A stretch of 64,000 bases of DNA, from assembly GCA_965218585.1 (NCBI GenBank), contig CBDCLE010000003.1, positions 1-64,000 on the forward strand, in the 5' to 3' direction. The stretch comes from Terriglobia bacterium (lineage in GTDB: Bacteria > Acidobacteriota > Terriglobia > 20CM-2-55-15). Positions 58,265 to 64,000 of this stretch are shown one piece after another. Each line of letters begins with the position of its first letter. Position 1 is the first letter of the stretch. The position numbers and the translations under genes were made by a program. The notes under the pieces are model-generated. The model was not told where the DNA came from, ran no database searches, and was given only the letters and a program-made list of their open reading frames with translations.

Positions 58265-60028
58265 CTATTCCATCACGCAGCGAGACTCACTCTCGGTGCG
58301 ATACCAGACTCCATCATCGTCGGAATCCTCGCAACTGATCAGATTGCCGTCGGAGTACACGATGTCACCATCGACGATCGTTAGGACGGACGAGAGATCG
58401 CGCAGATCTTCCAGGCGGTCCGAGGCCTCCAACTCGAGGATGTCGGTAGATAGCACAGCCAGATCCGCAAGCTTACCCGGTTCGAGAGATCCCAGCTTTT
58501 CTTCATCGAACGAGAACCACGCGCTACCGATCGTGTACAGTCGAAGCGCCTCGGCCACCGTGACCGTCTCATTCGGAGGAAGCACTCGTGTACCGGCAGC
58601 ATTCATGCCGGTTGTCATGAAATACAAGGACAGCCAGGGGTTGATGGTCACGATATTGCCGCCATCGGTGCCCGCGCCCACCGGTACACCGTGATCGAGT
58701 GCGGTTCGGTATGGCGGACCCGCGGGCATGCCGAAGTTACGGCCGCCACCATCGCCACGGCCCGCCCCGCCCCGGCCCCCGCGGCCCCGGCCTCGGGGAG
58801 CGGCCTGACCCATGGAATAGAGGTGACTCTCAATCGCCAGCCCGCCGCCCAGCGCTTCGAGACGGTCCATCGCCTCGACGTCCATATTCAGGACATGCGT
58901 CAACTGCCAGCGAAGTCCGGTGATGGGTTGCTCTTCATTCACCGCCTCCCATACATCGAGGAATCGCTTGGTCTCCTCAACCGGAATCGAATGCTGGTGA
59001 TAATTCAATCCGTTTTCGGCGACTAGAGACACTGCATCGGCATAGTCATCCGGAAAAGGATCTTGACCCGAGGTGTCCGTGGCTATGATGAATTCTCCGA
59101 CACCCACAATTCGATACATGTCGTGCTCTGGAGCGGGGGCGGGGAAATTGTCCGCGATGACCGCGTTTAGTCGATCCATGCTCTGAGAACCGATTCCGGC
59201 ACGCACGCGTGTGAAGGAGATCCCCTCATCAGCAAGGGCTCTGACCGTGTCATGAGGATCGAAGCCACCTTGATTGAAAACTGTGGTCAAGCCGAGTCCA
59301 GCGGACCAGGCCATCAGATCGAGCGTGCCGCGCCTCAAGTCTTCAGAATCATGTTGCGAAGCGAGGGCATCACGACCGCCCGCACCTACCTGACCGTCCT
59401 CTGAAATCTGTATTGCACGTGCCTGGAAAAAACCGATACCGGCCGAATTGGTTTGGCCGGAGCCACCAAACCCTACAGAGAGATAAACAGGCCGCGGGAC
59501 CTGGTCCAGCTCTTCAAGGTTCGGCAGTCGACCCTCAGCGAACTGCAGCGTCGAATAACCGCCAATCGCAGTTACGAAATTGTCCGTAGTGACTTCGCCA
59601 TCCACCCGAGGAACAGTCTCTGCCTTCTTCTGCAGGATCGCGATGGCCTCGGCAACCGAGAAGGCGTTGTCCATCTCCGCGGTATTGTGCCCGGGACGGG
59701 ACGCACGTCCGATCCAGTGGACGTGGGAGTCGATCAGACCGGGGATGACAGTGCGTCCGTCCAGATCGATGGTCTCAGTGCACGCAGTCACATCTGCCTG
59801 GTCACCATCGACCGCGTCGATGGTATTGTCTCTGATCCTAAGGGATGTCGCGATGGAGTCGTCCGCGTCCACGGTCAGTATCTTGCCGTTCGTCAGCAAG
59901 ATGTCGTTTACGCCGACACATGGATCGGCTTCCTGCGCGAATGACGGACTCGCGAACCCAACGACGCAGGCGAGAATAGATACTATCGACCACTTATTTA
60001 GTGGGCTGTTCGAGGTCACTGGTTTCAT
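58265..60028 (-). CDS. Secreted amidohydrolase 3
   Basis: GRTVIPGLIDSHVH, HQHS, GTD, GSLEPGKLADLAVLS. Confidence 0.88.
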   Translation of the reverse strand: MKPVTSNSPLNKWSIVSILACVVGFASPSFAQEADPCVGVNDILLTNGKILTVDADDSIATSLRIRDNTIDAVDGDQADVTACTETIDLDGRTVIPGLIDSHVHWIGRASRPGHNTAEMDNAFSVAEAIAILQKKAETVPRVDGEVTTDNFVTAIGGYSTLQFAEGRLPNLEELDQVPRPVYLSVGFGGSGQTNSAGIGFFQARAIQISEDGQVGAGGRDALASQHDSEDLRRGTLDLMAWSAGLGLTTVFNQGGFDPHDTVRALADEGISFTRVRAGIGSQSMDRLNAVIADNFPAPAPEHDMYRIVGVGEFIIATDTSGQDPFPDDYADAVSLVAENGLNYHQHSIPVEETKRFLDVWEAVNEEQPITGLRWQLTHVLNMDVEAMDRLEALGGGLAIESHLYSMGQAAPRGRGRGGRGGAGRGDGGGRNFGMPAGPPYRTALDHGVPVGAGTDGGNIVTINPWLSLYFMTTGMNAAGTRVLPPNETVTVAEALRLYTIGSAWFSFDEEKLGSLEPGKLADLAVLSTDILELEASDRLEDLRDLSSVLTIVDGDIVYSDGNLISCEDSDDDGVWYRTESESRCVME

Positions 60029-60057
60029 AACTGTCTCCCCAATTGAAAAGAACGCTC

Positions 60058-61587
60058 TTATTCCTGATTCAACGTTGGACCGAGATACTGTCTCTCGAAT
60101 GGTTCCCCGGGAATGAACTTGCCTGAGCCCGGCTCTGCGATTACCTGACCGTTGTCATAAACGACCTCTCCTCGGCGAATGGTCGTTCTGGGAAATCCGG
60201 TGACCTCCCATCCTGCGTAAGTCGAATACTTCACGTTGGAGAATTGGTCCTCATCGCGAATCGTCTTGGTCATGGTCGGATCCCAGATCACAATGTCGGC
60301 ATCCGATCCGACCTGGATCGTACCCTTGCGCGGATACATGCCGAACAGTCTGGCGGCGTTCGTTGACGTCACCGCGACGAACTGCTCGAGCGTAATGCGC
60401 TCCTTTAGAACACCTTCGGAAAACATCATCGGCAGATACTCCTGCAGGTTGCTCAACCCCATCCGCCTGTCGGCGATGGTCTGTGTCGGATCCAGCTTCG
60501 CCTCTTTCGAGTAGCCGGTGTGATCGGTTCCGATCGTGTGGATTGTCCCTTTCCGAATGCCTTCCCACAGCATGTCCTGGTCCCACTTCTCGCGGAGCGG
60601 TGGGCCTCCCAGGTACAATCCCGCGTCCGGTTGCTGGTACACCTCCTGTGTCAGGTGCAGGTACATGGGCCGGGTCTCGACGTACACCGGCAGACCGCGA
60701 GCCATCGCGTCTTCCGCCACTTTCAGTGCACGTCCGGAAGACGTGTGGAGGATGTAGACGGGCGAACCGGTCGCCTCAGCGATCGCCACACCCCGCTGGA
60801 CGGCAACCACCTCTGCGATGACCGGGGCACTCTGGGCAAAGTTGTGAATCGAGCCGCGCCCTTCGGCCATGAGTCGCTCCTGGGCCTCGGCCAGGATTGA
60901 ATAGTCTTCCGCATGCAGCATGCTCAGCACGCCTGCGGGCCCGGAGTCCCTGAAGGTCTTGAACCAGGTCAGAGCGTTGGTGTCGAAAGATTCCCTGGCG
61001 AGAAAGTCCTCCCCCGTGCTGACAAAACCGCGTTCGGCCAACTCGCCAAGCATGTCTCCCGTAAAGGGTGTGGGATCGTTTCCGATCGTGACATGTATGA
61101 AGAAGTCGGCCATCGCAGATCTTTCGATTGCACTGATGACCCGGGCTGCGTAGGCGTTGACGTCCTCGTTCGGTAGCAGGGGGATGAAGTTGGAGATCGT
61201 GGTCGCGCCACCGGCGAATGCAGCCGACGACCCGCTGACGTAATCGTCCTGGTTGCCTTGGGGTCTGGGGGGGTCAGGCATCTCGGGGTTAAGATGCGTG
61301 TGCGTATCGACCGCGCCCGGCAGAAGGAGCATGCCACGGGCATCGATCTCGGTCCCGCCAGTGCTTGATGTAAGGTCCGGCCCGATTTCGGCGATCGTTT
61401 CACCTCGAATCCTGACGTCGGCTTCCATTCGGCCTTCTTCTGTCACGATCAAGCCATTGCGAATAATGAGCTCCGCGTCCTGGGCCACGAGATGGCCTGC
61501 CGGCGCAACGGCGATGACCGTGATACAGACCAGGAGCCAATTCCATGAACAAAAGGTACGCACTCCATTCGACGAAACCATCTTCAC
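60058..61587 (-). CDS. Secreted dihydropyrimidinase/hydantoinase-like amidohydrolase
   Basis: PGAVDTHTH, LHAED, ILHTS, PPLR, GTDH, PRKGTIQVGSDADIVIWDP. Confidence 0.88.
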   Translation of the reverse strand: MKMVSSNGVRTFCSWNWLLVCITVIAVAPAGHLVAQDAELIIRNGLIVTEEGRMEADVRIRGETIAEIGPDLTSSTGGTEIDARGMLLLPGAVDTHTHLNPEMPDPPRPQGNQDDYVSGSSAAFAGGATTISNFIPLLPNEDVNAYAARVISAIERSAMADFFIHVTIGNDPTPFTGDMLGELAERGFVSTGEDFLARESFDTNALTWFKTFRDSGPAGVLSMLHAEDYSILAEAQERLMAEGRGSIHNFAQSAPVIAEVVAVQRGVAIAEATGSPVYILHTSSGRALKVAEDAMARGLPVYVETRPMYLHLTQEVYQQPDAGLYLGGPPLREKWDQDMLWEGIRKGTIHTIGTDHTGYSKEAKLDPTQTIADRRMGLSNLQEYLPMMFSEGVLKERITLEQFVAVTSTNAARLFGMYPRKGTIQVGSDADIVIWDPTMTKTIRDEDQFSNVKYSTYAGWEVTGFPRTTIRRGEVVYDNGQVIAEPGSGKFIPGEPFERQYLGPTLNQE

Positions 61588-61617
61588 TCCTTTCCTCCCG
61601 CAACGATGAGGATTGCC

Positions 61618-62589
61618 TTAGTCGTTCTCTCTGCTGATCTTCCGCACACCTCCGGTGCCGGAGACATAGATGACATCTTCAGATTCGATCGCCACATCGT
61701 GAACCGCCGTCATACCGGCAGTATCTGCGGAGAGGAGAATTTCCACCTCACCTTCGGAGTTCAGGAAAGCTGCCGGACTCTCTTCTCGATAGCCCACAAC
61801 CCACACGCCTCCGAAGGGTGACGGCGCAACATTGGCCACGCGTCCCACCACGGGGTCCAGGGCCCACTCGGCTTCAAAGTGCCCGTCAGGGTCAAAAACC
61901 TGGACGCGGGAGTTCTCCCGATCGGCTACCCAGACCCGGCCATCAGTGTCGAGGTCCACTCCGTGTGGAATTTCGAACATGCCGGGATCCGTGCCGGCAG
62001 CACCCCACTCTTGGAGGAAGGCCCCGGTCGGAGAAAACTTTGCTATGCGGGAATTTCTGTAGTCATCGGCGACAAAGAAGGAACCGTCAGGCTGCACGGC
62101 AACCTCGGTGGGCGCGTTAAAGTGGGTCTGGTTCCAACCGGGAACGCTGAGCTCGCCCAGAGTCAGCAGCAATTCACCGTCGTGAGAAAACTTGAAGACC
62201 CGGTGACCTATGGCATCGGTGAGCCAGACATTGTCCTCGTGGTCTATCGTGAGCCCGTGCGGCACGAGGAAGGTGTCCGCGCCCCACATGGCTAGCAGGG
62301 CACCACTTTCTCTGTCTAACATGACAACCGGATCGTCCTGGAGCAGGTCCGTGACCTCCCAATCGAACTGGCGTCCGGCCCGACGGAATGCGAAGACGTG
62401 ACCATGTGAATCGACGTCTACAGCGGACACATACCCGGTCACGAATCCCTCCGGAAAGACAGGCCAACCCTCAACCCTGGCGTACGAGGCGGGGGCCTGG
62501 GCCTCCAGATCCTCGACAAACGAAGGCGTCAGAGCAAGGACCGCCAGGCAACCCATAACTCCAATCCAAACGATCATGATTCGACGCAT
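61618..62589 (-). CDS. Secreted NHL-repeat protein, peptidyl-alpha-hydroxyglycine lyase-like
   Basis: FLVPHGLTID..NVWLTD, HFNAPTEVAV, ADDYRNSRI, PHG, ADRENSRVQVF. Confidence 0.84.
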   Translation of the reverse strand: MRRIMIVWIGVMGCLAVLALTPSFVEDLEAQAPASYARVEGWPVFPEGFVTGYVSAVDVDSHGHVFAFRRAGRQFDWEVTDLLQDDPVVMLDRESGALLAMWGADTFLVPHGLTIDHEDNVWLTDAIGHRVFKFSHDGELLLTLGELSVPGWNQTHFNAPTEVAVQPDGSFFVADDYRNSRIAKFSPTGAFLQEWGAAGTDPGMFEIPHGVDLDTDGRVWVADRENSRVQVFDPDGHFEAEWALDPVVGRVANVAPSPFGGVWVVGYREESPAAFLNSEGEVEILLSADTAGMTAVHDVAIESEDVIYVSGTGGVRKISREND

Positions 62590-62850
62590 GTGTACCAACC
62601 TCTCGAAGGACAGGGACCGGTCCTCGTCCGGTTAACAGTTGTGACGTGTAAGAAACTGGGGGAAAGTCTATATAACGAGTGGGTTGGAAGCAACGAAATG
62701 TCAGCTTCGCTGGATGGACTTGTCGTTTCGTCAGATCGATGATGAGAGGCGAGGCGGGTTTTCTTTGACAGGATTTCGGGCCGGCGAGTAACATCAGCCC
62801 AATGGCCGACCTGCATTGAGGTCAGCTACAAACCGGAGGTAATTTTGAAC

Positions 62851-63889
62851 ATGAAATCGTTCATAGCCATCTTGCTGCTGTTGACCGGCCTCACGGCGTG
62901 TTCAGCACCAGGCCCCGAACCCACCGATTCTTCAGAAGACGCCCGGAATGCTGTAGCGCCCGAGTTTCGACCGGCTCCCTTTGGGGCGCAGGCGCCTCCA
63001 CTGACGGATCCAGTCGACATCGAAGCCATCGATCAGTTGAGCAGAGACTGGATTGCGACGTTCGAGGGAGGAAATCCCGAGCCTGTGGAGTTCATGTTTG
63101 CACGTGAAGCGATCTTTCTCACCACAGAGCACGAAGCCCTGTTGGCCGAGGGGGCCGCATCGGCTAAGGTTCTGTTCGAGAATTCACTGCCCGGTTAGCA
63201 TTAACGGACGCGGTGAATCAAGACGAGGGCCAGAATTGGGCTTCGTACAAGGCGCTTTTCGAGCTCGGGCTCACGCCAAAGAGCGGTGGCGAATGATCCA
63301 ATTCGACGGTAACTTTTTTGTCCGGTTTCACCGGGAGCCGGACGGCACCTTCGAAGTGATGCACGGTCCCCTCGAAGGCGAACCCGCGTCCGACTTCACG
63401 TTGAACTACATGAAGGGGAACGGTTCATCGGTCCAACTCTCCAGCTTGCGGGATAAGCCGACAGTTCTTGTTTTCGGCAGTTACACGTGAGGACCCTTCC
63501 GTTCCGGTGTCGGTGACATCGAAGATTGGTACCAAGCTTATAAGAATCAGGCTCACTTTCTCTTCGTCTACATCGAAGAAGCCCACTCGCTCCAGGGTTG
63601 GGTGACCGAGGGCAACGAAGCAGCAGGCATCCAGATCAACGACCACACAAGCTATGAAGAGAGGGAAGCGGTTGCAGAACTCTGCACGACGGCTCTGGAC
63701 CTAACCGTGCCAGCCATAATCGACAAGTTCGACAACGCCGTGGAGATCGCCTATGGGGGGTTCCCGGATCGCATCTACGTTGTCGACTCTGATGGGATCG
63801 TGCGGTACAAGACCAAGCAAGGACCCTTCGGGTGGGACATTCCGGAGGCGACCTCAGCCCTGGACGGCGTCCTCGAAGGCGGTTCTTGA
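62851..63889 (+). CDS. Lipoprotein: NTF2/SnoaL-like domain + iodothyronine-deiodinase-like selenoprotein (two 1-nt frameshifts in the read; Sec TGA at 63488)
   Basis: LTAC lipobox; PTVLVFGSYT-TGA-GPF, VYIEEAH..GW, N.V..AYG..PDRIYVV in one continuous frame across the TGA. Confidence 0.8.
63491..63523 (+). promoter_or_regulatory. Candidate bacterial SECIS hairpin
   Basis: Stem CGGTGTC/GACATCG with GGT loop starting 21 nt after the in-frame TGA. Confidence 0.6.
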
Positions 63890-64000
63890 CCGTATGGTGG
63901 AAGTCAGAAGCGCGGGATGGGCAGTTGTTGTTCTTTAACGGTCCTCAAACCCGTTCGTCATCGGGCGGTCCCTTGTGGGAGGAGGCGTTTCGCACGGCGA

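Overview
GC-rich bacterial window; the gene families and Gly/Arg-rich inserts resemble marine Acidobacteriota-like genomes, but this taxonomy is only an inference. The first 4.7 kb holds housekeeping genes (ABC solute-binding lipoprotein, clpS, fabG, pfkA, PPOX oxidoreductase, Na+/H+ antiporter). The rest is almost entirely exported proteins. The dominant feature is an uncharacterised two-module system present in many copies. Module H is a small signal-peptide protein whose mature chain begins His-His and carries an NPH motif (DUF6152-like, 5 stand-alone copies). Module C is a Cys-x-Pro...G(Y/H/D)SxGxWEGxTLVVxT protein (8 stand-alone copies). Five further genes fuse the two modules. These genes are interleaved with secreted metallo-beta-lactamase-fold proteins, amidohydrolases, NHL-repeat proteins, a PQQ dehydrogenase, a sulfatase and a heme c/copper-monooxygenase-like operon. 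A methionine-synthase-like/OsmC/rhodanese cassette sits between two copies of a promoter-like repeat, and its rhodanese is interrupted by an IS256-family and an IS701-family element. The last gene is a probable lipoprotein selenoenzyme: an NTF2-like domain fused to an iodothyronine-deiodinase-like domain with FGSYT-TGA-GPF and a SECIS-like hairpin. Several single-base frameshifts may be sequencing errors. No rRNA, tRNA or CRISPR array was seen. All family calls come from motif recognition, not database searches.
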